Shown in pieces: positions 18,739 to 27,963 of a stretch of 50,807 bases of DNA; positions within the stretch are counted from its first letter, which is position 1, and each line of letters starts with the position of its first letter. The translations under genes were made by a program, and so were the position numbers. The notes under the pieces are model-generated. The model did not search any database. It was not told where the DNA came from and saw only the letters and a list, made by a program, of their open reading frames with translations. Source of the DNA: Deltaproteobacteria bacterium (GTDB lineage: Bacteria > JACQOV01); assembly GCA_016202395.1 (NCBI GenBank), contig JACQOV010000009.1:1-50807 (forward strand). Direction: 5' to 3'.

Positions 18739-20016
18739 ATGGGGTTTTCGCTCTATATCCACATTCCGTATTGTCGGCATATTTGTCCGTACTGCGACTT
18801 TAATGTGCGAGCGGTGAAGCAGGTTCCGGAAGAGCCTTATCTTGAGGGAGTGATTGCTGAACTGCAACTTTACAAAGAAAAGGAATGGCATGCTGGCAAT
18901 ACGATTGAAACCGTTTACTTAGGAGGCGGAACCCCTTCCCTCTTTTCTGCCAAAGGGCTCGGAAAATTCCTCCAAAGTATCGATGTTCTCTGGCCAATCG
19001 CTTCCAATGCGGAGTGCACTTTGGAAGCCAATCCCGGAACGATTAATTTAGAAATACTTAAAAGCTATCGCCAAAGTGGTTGGAATCGATTGAGCCTTGG
19101 GGTACAATCATTCAGTGACGAAAATCTAAAGTTTTTAGGGCGCGATCACACTGCGAAAGAAGGGATTGAAGCGCTAGAGTTCGCTCGCAAAGGAGGTTTT
19201 GAGAATGTGAGCGTGGATCTTATCTTTGGTTTGAGAAATCAAACTTTAGAAAACTGGCTGCAAGATATCGAAAAAGCAATTTCACTCCAGCCCAACCACA
19301 TCTCAACTTACAATCTTACGATTGAAGAGCGAACCATTTTTTATAAACAGTATCAAAAAGGGAAATTTCAGCTCCCCGAGGATGATGTCCAAGCAGAGGT
19401 GCTACTTCAAGGCCGCGCGTGGCTTCAGGAAGCTGGGTACGAAACCTACGAAATCTCCAACGCCGCAAAACCCGGATTTCGCTCGCGACACAATCTCAAC
19501 TATTGGCTCGGCGGAGATTACTTAGGCATCGGCGCCGGCGCCCATTCGTATTCGAAAGAGTGCTCTGTCATTGCGAGCCCCGAAGGGGCGAAGCAATCCC
19601 CCGATAAAAGTTCAACCTCAGGGGATCGCCACGCCCCCGCTGGAGCGGGGGCTCGCGATGACAAAATGGTGGATGAGAGATCGTTTAGCCATCGGTGGTG
19701 GAACATCCGAAATCCCGGGGCTTATCTTCAAAAAATTAAAGAAGGAGCTCTCCCACTTCAAGAAATCGAGGCCCTTACGGAAGCACAAGCCCTCTCTGAA
19801 TTTCTTCTCACGCGCCTCCGACTCCAAGAAGGGTTCTCCTTGGACGATTTTGAAAGCCGCTTTGGTTCCACGCAAAGGGAACTTCTTCAAGATCGAATTA
19901 AACCTCTCTCCCAACAAGGTTTTTTCAACTCGCTTTCAAACCAGATTTTTCTGTCACCAAAAGGGATTCCCCTCTTAAACGAGCTCCTAGTCAAACTCTA
20001 TGATAGTGGAGCCTGA
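18739..20016 (+). CDS. hemW: Radical SAM heme chaperone HemW with in-frame repeat insertion
   Basis: LYIHIPYCRHICPYCDFN, YLGGGTPS, EANP, YEISN, HNLNYW, YLGIGAGAHS. Confidence 0.92.
   Translation: MGFSLYIHIPYCRHICPYCDFNVRAVKQVPEEPYLEGVIAELQLYKEKEWHAGNTIETVYLGGGTPSLFSAKGLGKFLQSIDVLWPIASNAECTLEANPGTINLEILKSYRQSGWNRLSLGVQSFSDENLKFLGRDHTAKEGIEALEFARKGGFENVSVDLIFGLRNQTLENWLQDIEKAISLQPNHISTYNLTIEERTIFYKQYQKGKFQLPEDDVQAEVLLQGRAWLQEAGYETYEISNAAKPGFRSRHNLNYWLGGDYLGIGAGAHSYSKECSVIASPEGAKQSPDKSSTSGDRHAPAGAGARDDKMVDERSFSHRWWNIRNPGAYLQKIKEGALPLQEIEALTEAQALSEFLLTRLRLQEGFSLDDFESRFGSTQRELLQDRIKPLSQQGFFNSLSNQIFLSPKGIPLLNELLVKLYDSGA
19566..19663. repeat. TGTCATTGCGAG-type palindromic repeat inside hemW
   Basis: TGTCATTGCGAG...CTCGCGATGACA, read as VIASPEGAKQSP...GARDD. 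Confidence 0.9.
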
Positions 20017-20145
20017 CCCCCATTGACTATACAAGTGTCTTGACAGCCATCTGCAAACAAAGAGATAATGGCCTCTCTAAGTTCCCATGGCTTTATCATA
20101 CCTTATCCTGCTAGCATCTTTTTTCATCGCCTATGAGGTGATCCG

Positions 20146-20931
20146 ATGAACAAGAGCCTCAGCTACGCACTGTTTTGGCTCCTTGCCACTCCATTCGCGA
20201 TGGAGGCCCAGGAACTGCTAGACGCTTCCAAGTACGCAACGGTTCTCACGATCCATCTGGACTCCAAAGGACAGGTCGACTACAAGGCCTTGAAAGAGGA
20301 CCGTGCTCCACTGGATCAATTTCTAGAGGGGATCGATAAACTCGATAAAAAAATTTATGAGGTCTGGACCCCCCATGAAAAGATTGCATTCTGGATCAAC
20401 GCCTACAACTCACGAACTCTACAAGTCATTATCGATCACTACCCTATGCAACCAGGGCTTCTCCCCTCCCTCCGCTTTCCCAAAAATAGCATCCGTCAGA
20501 TCCCAGGGGTTTGGGACGAGCTCCGGTTCCCTGTAATGGGACAAGACAAAACATTAGGTGAGATTGAGCATCAAATACTCCGAAAAGAATTTAGTGAGCC
20601 ACGGATCCACATGGCTCTGGTCTGTGCCGCAAAGGGATGTCCCCCTCTTCGGAACGAGCCTTACAGCGGCGCAAAGCTCTCTCAACAGCTCGATGACCAA
20701 ACCCGACGATTCGTGAGCAATCCCCAAAAGTTTCGGATCGATCAAGCCAATGGCACGGTCTATCTTTCACCGATTTTCAAATGGTTTAGGGAAGATTTTG
20801 AGGCCTCTTATGGAACCGTCATCAACTTTATCCAACGTTACCTCACAGAAACCGACAGGCAATTTCTCATTGCGAAAGAGCTCGATTTAAAATATCTTGA
20901 CTACGATTGGTCGCTCAATGAACAAGAATAA
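20146..20931 (+). CDS. DUF547 domain exported protein
   Basis: Signal peptide; VDYKAL, AFWINAYN, EPRIHMALVCAAKGCP, YDWSLN. Confidence 0.9.
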   Translation: MNKSLSYALFWLLATPFAMEAQELLDASKYATVLTIHLDSKGQVDYKALKEDRAPLDQFLEGIDKLDKKIYEVWTPHEKIAFWINAYNSRTLQVIIDHYPMQPGLLPSLRFPKNSIRQIPGVWDELRFPVMGQDKTLGEIEHQILRKEFSEPRIHMALVCAAKGCPPLRNEPYSGAKLSQQLDDQTRRFVSNPQKFRIDQANGTVYLSPIFKWFREDFEASYGTVINFIQRYLTETDRQFLIAKELDLKYLDYDWSLNEQE

Positions 20932-21613
20932 ACTCAAAATTGTTTTTTTGCTTCTGCTGGGAGCGATCTTGATGGCTGGGTTTTGGCATTTTGATATTCC
21001 AGCGCTCTTAAGATCCTTTTTAGCCTCCATAGAGAATCTCGGCCCACAGGGCCCGATCCTCTTCGCCTTCATTTATATTGCGGCGTGTGTTCTTTTCATT
21101 CCCGGCTCGATTCTCACTCTGGGAGCGGGAGTGGTTTTTGGGGTCGTGAAAGGCTCCATTTTAGTTTCAATAGCGGCTACTTTGGGGGCCACCGCAGCGT
21201 TTTTAGTTGGCCGATACTTCGCGCGCGACTGGGTTGCCCACAAAATTGAAGGGAACGAAAAATTCAAAGCGATTGATGAAGCGGTGGCAAAAGAAGGATG
21301 GAAGATCGTAGGGCTGACACGTCTCTCTCCCCTATTCCCTTTCAATCTGTTAAATTACGCTTACGGTTTAACGCGAGTTTCACTGAGAGATTACTTTTTT
21401 GCTTCTTGGGTTGGGATGATCCCGGGGACGATTCTCTACGTTTACATCGGCTCGCTCGCGGGAGATCTCGCTTCGCTGGGAACGCAGGGAGGTTCTCGGA
21501 CTGCTGCCGAGTGGGGGCTTTATGGAGTCGGGCTTCTTGCGACCGTTGCTGTGACTATTTACGTAACGCGTGTTGCCCGAAAAGCATTGAAAGAGAGGAT
21601 AGGAACACCATGA
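20918..21613 (+). CDS. TVP38/TMEM64 (DedA/SNARE-associated) membrane protein
   Basis: PGSILTLGAG, RLSPLFPFNLLNY, GMIPGT. Confidence 0.92.
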   Translation: MNKNKLKIVFLLLLGAILMAGFWHFDIPALLRSFLASIENLGPQGPILFAFIYIAACVLFIPGSILTLGAGVVFGVVKGSILVSIAATLGATAAFLVGRYFARDWVAHKIEGNEKFKAIDEAVAKEGWKIVGLTRLSPLFPFNLLNYAYGLTRVSLRDYFFASWVGMIPGTILYVYIGSLAGDLASLGTQGGSRTAAEWGLYGVGLLATVAVTIYVTRVARKALKERIGTP

Positions 21614-23127
21614 CCCACAAGATAACAATTTCTCCACTTGACGAACACAATAAAACTTTACTCTCCAATGTTCACCCCTCCAACTGGAAAAATCCGGAAC
21701 CGGCTCCTGGCTACAATCTTGTCGTCATCGGCGCGGGAACGGCGGGGCTTGTCACGGCTGCTGGAGCGGCGGGGCTGGGAGCCAAGGTGGCGCTGATTGA
21801 ACGGAATCTTTTAGGCGGAGATTGCTTGAATGTGGGGTGTGTCCCGTCGAAATCGGTGATCCGTTCTTCCCGCGTGGTTGCAGACATTCGGGATGCCGAC
21901 CGATTCGGAATACAGGCTCCAAAAAACGTAGAGGTTGATTTTTCTGCCGTCATGGCGCGGATGCGACAGATTCGGGCCGGCATTAGTTCCAATGACTCCG
22001 TGCATCGCTTCAGTCAATTAGGTGTTGACGTCTTTTTAGGTGAAGGACGATTCACGAGTTCGAATACGATCGAAGTCGACGGGAAAACCCTGCGATTCAA
22101 AAAAGCGGTGATTGCCACGGGAGCTCGAGCCGTTCAACCTTCGATCGAAGGGCTTGCCGAGGCCGGCTATCGGACCAACGAAACGGTTTTTAATCTGACC
22201 GAGCACCCCAAACGGCTGGCCGTGAATGGCGGAGGTCCCATCGGTTGCGAACTCGCCCAAGCCTTTCAACGTCTCGGTTCCGAAGTTGCAATTTTTGAGA
22301 TGGCCCCTCAGTTCCTCACACGCGAAGATCCGGACGCCGCCGCGATTCTCGCAAAGGCGCTCCAAAAGGATGGAATCAAAATTCACTTGGGCATTAAAGT
22401 CAAACGGGTTCAGAAACTGGATTCAGGGAAAGAGATTTGCTTCCAAAAGAATGGGAAAGAGGAGAAAACCGCTGTTGATGAAATCCTTGTCGGGGCGGGG
22501 CGGGCTCCCAATGTGGAGGGATTAAATCTAGAAGCGGTTGGAGTGGAATACGATAAAAGTGGCGTCAAAGTGGATGATCATCTTCAAACAACAAACCCTT
22601 GCATTTATGCCGCGGGAGACATCTGCCTCCCTTTTAAATTCACGCACACCGCCGATGCGACTGCCCGCATGGTGATCCAAAACGCCCTTTTCTTCAATAG
22701 CAAAAAGGTAAGCGCGCTGACCATCCCTTGGTGCACCTACACCGATCCGGAGATTGCCCATGTGGGCCTGTACGAGCGGGGGGCCCAAGAAAAAGGGATT
22801 GCGGTGCAAACCTTTAAGCGAGAGTTCTCCGAGGTTGATCGAGCCATTGCGGAAGGAGAAACGGAAGGGTTTGTGAAGATCCACATCCAAAAAGGGACCG
22901 ACAAAATTTTAGGAGCCACGATTGTGGCTCGACACGCCGGAGAGATGATTAGCGAGATCACACTGGCCATGGTGGGAAACGTCGGCCTTGGGATGATCTC
23001 CAACGTAATCCACCCCTACCCCACTCAAGCCGAAGCGATCCGCCAAGTGGCCGACGCTTACAACCGCGCCCGCCTCACCCCAGCCGTTAAAACCCTTTTC
23101 AACACGTGGATGGCTTGGAAACGATAA
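21610..23127 (+). CDS. Pyridine nucleotide-disulfide oxidoreductase (LPD/MerA-like)
   Basis: VIGAGTAG, GGDCLNVGCVPSK, HPYPTQAE. ATG 21610 overlaps the TVP38 stop (ATGA). Confidence 0.92.
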   Translation: MTHKITISPLDEHNKTLLSNVHPSNWKNPEPAPGYNLVVIGAGTAGLVTAAGAAGLGAKVALIERNLLGGDCLNVGCVPSKSVIRSSRVVADIRDADRFGIQAPKNVEVDFSAVMARMRQIRAGISSNDSVHRFSQLGVDVFLGEGRFTSSNTIEVDGKTLRFKKAVIATGARAVQPSIEGLAEAGYRTNETVFNLTEHPKRLAVNGGGPIGCELAQAFQRLGSEVAIFEMAPQFLTREDPDAAAILAKALQKDGIKIHLGIKVKRVQKLDSGKEICFQKNGKEEKTAVDEILVGAGRAPNVEGLNLEAVGVEYDKSGVKVDDHLQTTNPCIYAAGDICLPFKFTHTADATARMVIQNALFFNSKKVSALTIPWCTYTDPEIAHVGLYERGAQEKGIAVQTFKREFSEVDRAIAEGETEGFVKIHIQKGTDKILGATIVARHAGEMISEITLAMVGNVGLGMISNVIHPYPTQAEAIRQVADAYNRARLTPAVKTLFNTWMAWKR

Positions 23128-23135
23128 GCCGATGG

Positions 23136-23180
23136 TTGACAGACTTATAAATATAGGTTACTCTATAGGTATTTCTATAG
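23136..23180 (+). promoter_or_regulatory. Sigma70 promoter/operator of the vapBC-type operon
   Basis: TTGACA-17 nt-TACTCT; dyads ACTTATA-AA-TATAGGT and CTATAG-N6-CTATAG; SD AAGGAGGT. Confidence 0.65.
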
Positions 23181-23199
23181 GATAGGAAGGAGGTTCATC

Positions 23200-23451
23200 A
23201 TGGCTTCTCTACAACAAGCTAATTTTCTTATGCCCGAAGACGTACTCCAAGAATTACGGCGAACGGTTCCCAAAGGAGAACAAAGTAAGGTGGTGGTTCA
23301 CGCTTTGAGACAAGAGTTGACGCGCCTGCGATTTCTAAAAAGCTTAGAAAAACATTTTGGCGCTTGGGCGAAAAGAAAACATCCTGAACTGAAACATGGC
23401 GTTGAAAACTACATCCGTCATCTAAGACACTCCATCCGAGGAGATCGTTAG
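23200..23451 (+). CDS. VapB-like RHH antitoxin
   Basis: NFLMPEDVLQELRRTVPKGEQSKVV...FGAW; abuts the PIN gene. Confidence 0.8.
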   Translation: MASLQQANFLMPEDVLQELRRTVPKGEQSKVVVHALRQELTRLRFLKSLEKHFGAWAKRKHPELKHGVENYIRHLRHSIRGDR

Positions 23452-23820
23452 ATGCCCACCGTTGTCATAGACAGCGATATTTTGATCCATTTTTTAAGAG
23501 GGGACCCGAAGGTTAAAGATTTTCTTGAGCGAATTGCCTCGCAATCGGTTCCGTGCTGCTCCGCTATTACTGTTGCGGAGATCCATGCCGGCATGCGATC
23601 CAGCGAAAAAGAGGGAACAAAAGAGTTGTTAGACAGTCTTGTGATCCTTCCCGTAACACGAGAAATCGCTGAATTGGCCGGAAACTTGAAACAGAGCGTT
23701 CGTCACATGAAATTAGCTCTAGATGATTGTTTAATTGCGGCCACCGCTCTGATCGAGGAAGTTCCCTTAGCCACAGGAAATCGCCGACATTACCCTTTCG
23801 CGAAATTGGTGCTATTGTGA
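23452..23820 (+). CDS. VapC PIN-domain toxin
   Basis: VIDSDILI, SAITVAEIHAG, DCLIAATA, TGNRRHYP. Confidence 0.92.
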   Translation: MPTVVIDSDILIHFLRGDPKVKDFLERIASQSVPCCSAITVAEIHAGMRSSEKEGTKELLDSLVILPVTREIAELAGNLKQSVRHMKLALDDCLIAATALIEEVPLATGNRRHYPFAKLVLL

Positions 23821-23839
23821 GGTACCCCTTCAGGGCACT

Positions 23840-26500
23840 TCAGACTTTAGAAACAGGAAATCGGAGGGTAAAAGAGGTGCCCACGCCAATCTCACTCTGC
23901 ACCTCGATCTTCCCATGGTGCCGCTCGATCACTTGATGGCTAATGGCCAGCCCAAGCCCCGTGCCTTGACCCAGCTCTTTTGTGGTAAAAAAGGGACTAA
24001 AGATCTCGGATAAGCTCTCTTGGGGAATTCCACACCCATTGTCTCCAATGACCACCCACACCTCTTCTCCTTGTTCCTTCGTTTCAACCTCGATCCGACC
24101 CCGATACCCCACATGGCCTTGGCCTCGTTCCCTTTCCCCTCGCTCTTCTAGGGTATGAATTGCGTTCACTAAAAGATTCATCAGCGCCTGATTGAGCTCT
24201 GAGGCCTTCCCAAGGATCGAAGCGACTGAATCGAAACGAGTCACCACCTCCCATCGCCGCAGCTGCGCCTTCAACACCCCCATCGTGAGTTCTAAACAGG
24301 CATTCACATCGATCGGCTCTTGCTCCCCTTTCGATGGATACACAAACCGCTTCATCTGCTCAATCACTTCCACCGCTTGCCAACAGGCCTGATTCTGCTC
24401 CTTTAAAATCTCGACCATTTCGGTGAGCCGCTCCATCCCCTGGGGATCTCCATTCCATTTTTTCTGAAGCTCCTCCACCCAATCCCGCATCGTCCCCAGA
24501 TTCATAATCACCGTGTTCAAAGGGTTGTACACCTCATGGGTGATTCCCGAAAGGAGGATGCCCAAGGTGCCCATCTTCTCGGCCTGGATGAGCATGCGGG
24601 TTCCCTCTTCTACCTTTCCCTCGAGTTTCTGCGCATACTCCTGCAACTGACCCTTAGCCTCCAGGAGCTCCCGCTGAAGAGATCGGTCATGAATAAGATT
24701 CTTCACACGGGCCTTAAGCTCTTTAGGACTAAACGGCTTAATCAAGTAATCATCGGCTCCGAGGTCCAGCCCCTCCATTTTATTGCTCAATTCTACTTTT
24801 GCTGTCACCATGATAATCGGGATCTGCTTTGTTCGATCCTCCGCTTTAAGACGACGCGTTACCTCATAGCCGTCCACCTCTGGAATCATAATGTCCAAGA
24901 CAATCAGGTCTGGCATCTGCGACTTCACCTTCTCAAGCCCCTCCATGCCATCTCTGGCTTCAATGATGTGGTAGTCCTCCCGGAGTTGATCCCTGATGAA
25001 CCGACGCATATCATCGCTATCCTCCACCACTAAGATTTCGGCCATGCCTTTTAATTTTTCTTTGGCCGACCTTTCTTTCGCTTGGATCTCCTCCATAGAT
25101 TCCGTTGTCACAGCATCGCTCTTTTCAGCTTCAGCGGACAATCGGTGCAACCACTCCTTCCGGTCAGAATCGGCGGACGCACTCGGGATCTCTTCAATTC
25201 CAGATCGAATCGGTAAGGTGAATTCGGCTATGGTTCCTTTGCCTTCCTCGCTCTCGATCGAAATCTTCCCCCCATGCATCTCAACCAACTCCTTAGCAAG
25301 GGCTAACCCGATACCCGTTCCCCCATACTTCCGTGTTGTCGAAGGATCGACCTGTGAAAAACGGTCAAAAACCTTATCGATTCGATCTTTGGGAATCCCA
25401 ATGCCTGTGTCCTCCACCCTCACCCACACCCCTCCCTTTTCCTCCATAAATCCACAACCCACACGAATTTCTCCCCCCTCCGGTGTAAACTTGATCGCGT
25501 TCATCACGATATTCAAAACAACCTTCTCAATTTTTTCCTCATCGAACGGTATTTCGGGAATCTCCCCCTCCGCACGAAATTGGATCCCTAACTGCTTTTT
25601 CTCCGCCAAGTGGCCCACCCCATCCACAAGACCCCGCAAGAATGGAACAAGGTCGCCCCGCCTCACCTTCAACTCTGTTTTTCCCGCATCGTAACGAGCC
25701 AGTTCTAACAGATTGTTGATGAGCCTGAGCAACCGGAGACCGTTGCTGCGCATAACCTGCACCTCTGCCTTTTGTTTTTCTGTGAATTGCCACTCTTTGG
25801 AAGAAAGCATCGTTTCGAGAGGAGCGAGTATTAACGTCAAGGGGGTCCTCAACTCATGCGACACATTCGCAAAGAGTTGAGATTTGAGAACGTCGAGCGC
25901 CTTCAATTTCTCATTGGCCTGAGCCAGTCGATACCTTCCGCCGAACTCTCTGAAACGAAGTTGATAACCTGTGTATGTTGAGGCTAGAGCAATGACGATC
26001 GTTGATAAGAGAAAGAAATTATTATTGACAAATAAAGCTCGATCCTGAATCCCATAAATAATCAATGAAGGGATCAAATAAGAAACATAAATAAGTGAAC
26101 AAGTAATAGCAGAATACTTTAGCCGCCAAGGCATCAATAAAGCCAATGCCAATATGTAAAGATTCAAACCAGCGTAGTAGGGGCTCTCTCCTCCGCCAGT
26201 AATTTGAACCATCACCGATATGGTTCCCGCACCGACCAAAAATCCTGAAATTGCAATCAAGTTAATATATCGTCGCCCAAATTCTCTATAGATAACAATT
26301 AAATGGCCTATCAAAGCTAAGGTACACCCTATCCTTAATGCGATAAGGGACCCGATACGCTCAGGAAAAATAAAATAGTCCACTATCCCAAAAGTCGGAA
26401 CCAAAATGATACCCAGCTTGGCGGCTATGCGACCCTTTTCAACGGTAAGGTCGCTGACCTCGCAGTCAAACTCTTGTTGGAAGGTGTCGTCTGGGATACA
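23840..26500 (-). CDS. Hybrid sensor kinase: membrane sensor-HisKA-HATPase-REC-HisKA-HATPase; start codon unresolved
   Basis: SHELRTPL, DTGIGI, GGTGIGL; REC motifs VVEDS, LDIMIPEVDG, KPF; THEVYNPL, DNGCGI, GTGLGL. Homology to the upstream kinase extends about 32 codons 5' of the TTG at 26404. Confidence 0.88.
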   Translation of the reverse strand, partial: CIPDDTFQQEFDCEVSDLTVEKGRIAAKLGIILVPTFGIVDYFIFPERIGSLIALRIGCTLALIGHLIVIYREFGRRYINLIAISGFLVGAGTISVMVQITGGGESPYYAGLNLYILALALLMPWRLKYSAITCSLIYVSYLIPSLIIYGIQDRALFVNNNFFLLSTIVIALASTYTGYQLRFREFGGRYRLAQANEKLKALDVLKSQLFANVSHELRTPLTLILAPLETMLSSKEWQFTEKQKAEVQVMRSNGLRLLRLINNLLELARYDAGKTELKVRRGDLVPFLRGLVDGVGHLAEKKQLGIQFRAEGEIPEIPFDEEKIEKVVLNIVMNAIKFTPEGGEIRVGCGFMEEKGGVWVRVEDTGIGIPKDRIDKVFDRFSQVDPSTTRKYGGTGIGLALAKELVEMHGGKISIESEEGKGTIAEFTLPIRSGIEEIPSASADSDRKEWLHRLSAEAEKSDAVTTESMEEIQAKERSAKEKLKGMAEILVVEDSDDMRRFIRDQLREDYHIIEARDGMEGLEKVKSQMPDLIVLDIMIPEVDGYEVTRRLKAEDRTKQIPIIMVTAKVELSNKMEGLDLGADDYLIKPFSPKELKARVKNLIHDRSLQRELLEAKGQLQEYAQKLEGKVEEGTRMLIQAEKMGTLGILLSGITHEVYNPLNTVIMNLGTMRDWVEELQKKWNGDPQGMERLTEMVEILKEQNQACWQAVEVIEQMKRFVYPSKGEQEPIDVNACLELTMGVLKAQLRRWEVVTRFDSVASILGKASELNQALMNLLVNAIHTLEERGERERGQGHVGYRGRIEVETKEQGEEVWVVIGDNGCGIPQESLSEIFSPFFTTKELGQGTGLGLAISHQVIERHHGKIEVQSEIGVGTSFTLRFPVSKV

Positions 26501-26521
26501 TCGATCCCTGGTGCAATCTGC

Positions 26522-27958
26522 TTATTTATAGCGTGAAGAAGCCGGTTGGGCAATCGGAAGCTCAATCACAAACTTCGCTCCTTTTCCAACCTCACTGATA
26601 ACCTGAATCTTCCCTCCGTGAGCTTGGATGATGCGATAAGAAACAGATAGACCGAGCCCCATTCCTTTTCCAACCGTCTTGGTTGTAAAAAAAGGGTCAA
26701 AAATTTTCTCTTGAATCTCCCGAGGGATGCCCGCTCCGGTATCTTGAACCGATATTTGGACGCGCTCCCCTTTTCTCTCCGTCTTGATCCAAACATCCCC
26801 AGATCCGGCAATGGCTTGGATGGCATTATGGAGAACGTTCATAAAAACCTGATTGATCTGCCCGGGCAGACACTCGACTTCCGGAATATCGCCATACTCC
26901 TTATGAATATGAATCTGCTCCCCCAATTCATGGGAAAGAAGCTTGAGTGTGGAGTCGAGCCCCTCATGAAGATTGGCAAATATAAAATCTCCCCGGTCTT
27001 TTTGCGCAAACGTCCGAAGGTTTGCAACAATCTCTTTAGTGCGAGTGAGCCCATCCTTGAGCGTGCTTATGGCCTCTGTCAGACTCATCCACAATTCGTG
27101 AAGGCTCCCCGATTTTTTGCTTTCCTCCAACTGTTTCAAGAACGCTTGGGTCTGTTCTTCATCCATCGAATTCACGCTCATGAACGAGCTAAGCAGGTCT
27201 TTCATCCGCCCCACCTGATTGCGAAGATTGTCCAAAGTGAGAAAAGAATAGGCAACCGGATTATTAATCTCATGAGCCACACCTGCGACCAGTTGCCCCA
27301 AGGCAGCCATCTTTTCGGCATGGACGAGCTCCGCCTGCGCTTGGATGAGCTGCCGATTGGCCTCCTCTAGATCCTCTTTTGCTTTCTCTAGCTGATGCCG
27401 CGCCATAAACTCCTGATACCGAAGTCGATAACCGACATAGGTTGCTATGAGCGCGATGGTAATTGTCGACAAGAGGAAAAAGTTATTATTAATAAATAAT
27501 GCTGAATCTTGGATTCCATAGAAAACCAACGAGGGCAAGAGGTAAGAGAGGTAGATCAACCCGCAAGCAAGGACAGAATATCCTAGGGGCCATGGAGCTA
27601 ACAAAGCCAAAGTAAGTATAATTAAGTTCAAACCTGCATAGTAAAAACTTTCACCACCTCCAGTAATAAAAACCATTATAGAAATAGATACACCGGTGGT
27701 CAGAAATCCAAAAACACCAACGATATTGAGATGCCGTCGTCCCCAGAGACTGTTAATGGCATACCAAAAGCCAATCAATGCTACACTGCACAGTGCCCTT
27801 ACCATGAAAATCAATGCAAAACGATGAGGAAATACAAAATAGTCAAGTATCCCAAAAGTTGGAAACAAAATGATCCCTACCATCGTTGCCACCCGAAAAT
27901 TTTTCCATGTGACCGTGGTTAATTCTGCCTCAAATTGCTTCCGAAGATCATTTTTCAT
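26522..27958 (-). CDS. Membrane sensor histidine kinase (PhcS-like input domain, NtrB-type kinase core)
   Basis: Five to six TM helices with LDYFVFP, WGRR, TGGGESFYYAGLNL; AHEINNP, NAIQA, DTGAGI, GMGLGL. Confidence 0.9.
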   Translation of the reverse strand: MKNDLRKQFEAELTTVTWKNFRVATMVGIILFPTFGILDYFVFPHRFALIFMVRALCSVALIGFWYAINSLWGRRHLNIVGVFGFLTTGVSISIMVFITGGGESFYYAGLNLIILTLALLAPWPLGYSVLACGLIYLSYLLPSLVFYGIQDSALFINNNFFLLSTITIALIATYVGYRLRYQEFMARHQLEKAKEDLEEANRQLIQAQAELVHAEKMAALGQLVAGVAHEINNPVAYSFLTLDNLRNQVGRMKDLLSSFMSVNSMDEEQTQAFLKQLEESKKSGSLHELWMSLTEAISTLKDGLTRTKEIVANLRTFAQKDRGDFIFANLHEGLDSTLKLLSHELGEQIHIHKEYGDIPEVECLPGQINQVFMNVLHNAIQAIAGSGDVWIKTERKGERVQISVQDTGAGIPREIQEKIFDPFFTTKTVGKGMGLGLSVSYRIIQAHGGKIQVISEVGKGAKFVIELPIAQPASSRYK

Positions 27959-27963
27959 ATCTG

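Noticed and set aside
21298-23127. Mercuric reductase MerA linked to the MerR regulator; 609-aa version of the ORF
   Set aside because: No C-terminal Cys-Cys pair or NmerA domain, no merTP, and it is 18 kb from merR. The 5' extension overlaps the TVP38 gene.
23859-23868. AATCGGAGGG matching the tRNA-Ser 3' end region (31661-31670) as an att site of an island
   Set aside because: Only 10 bp, it lies within the kinase coding end, and there is no integrase; compatible with chance.
12722-25694. Long antisense ORFs such as 12722..13435 and 24996..25694
   Set aside because: They are shadow frames opposite ABC ATPase and kinase domains, with no independent motifs.
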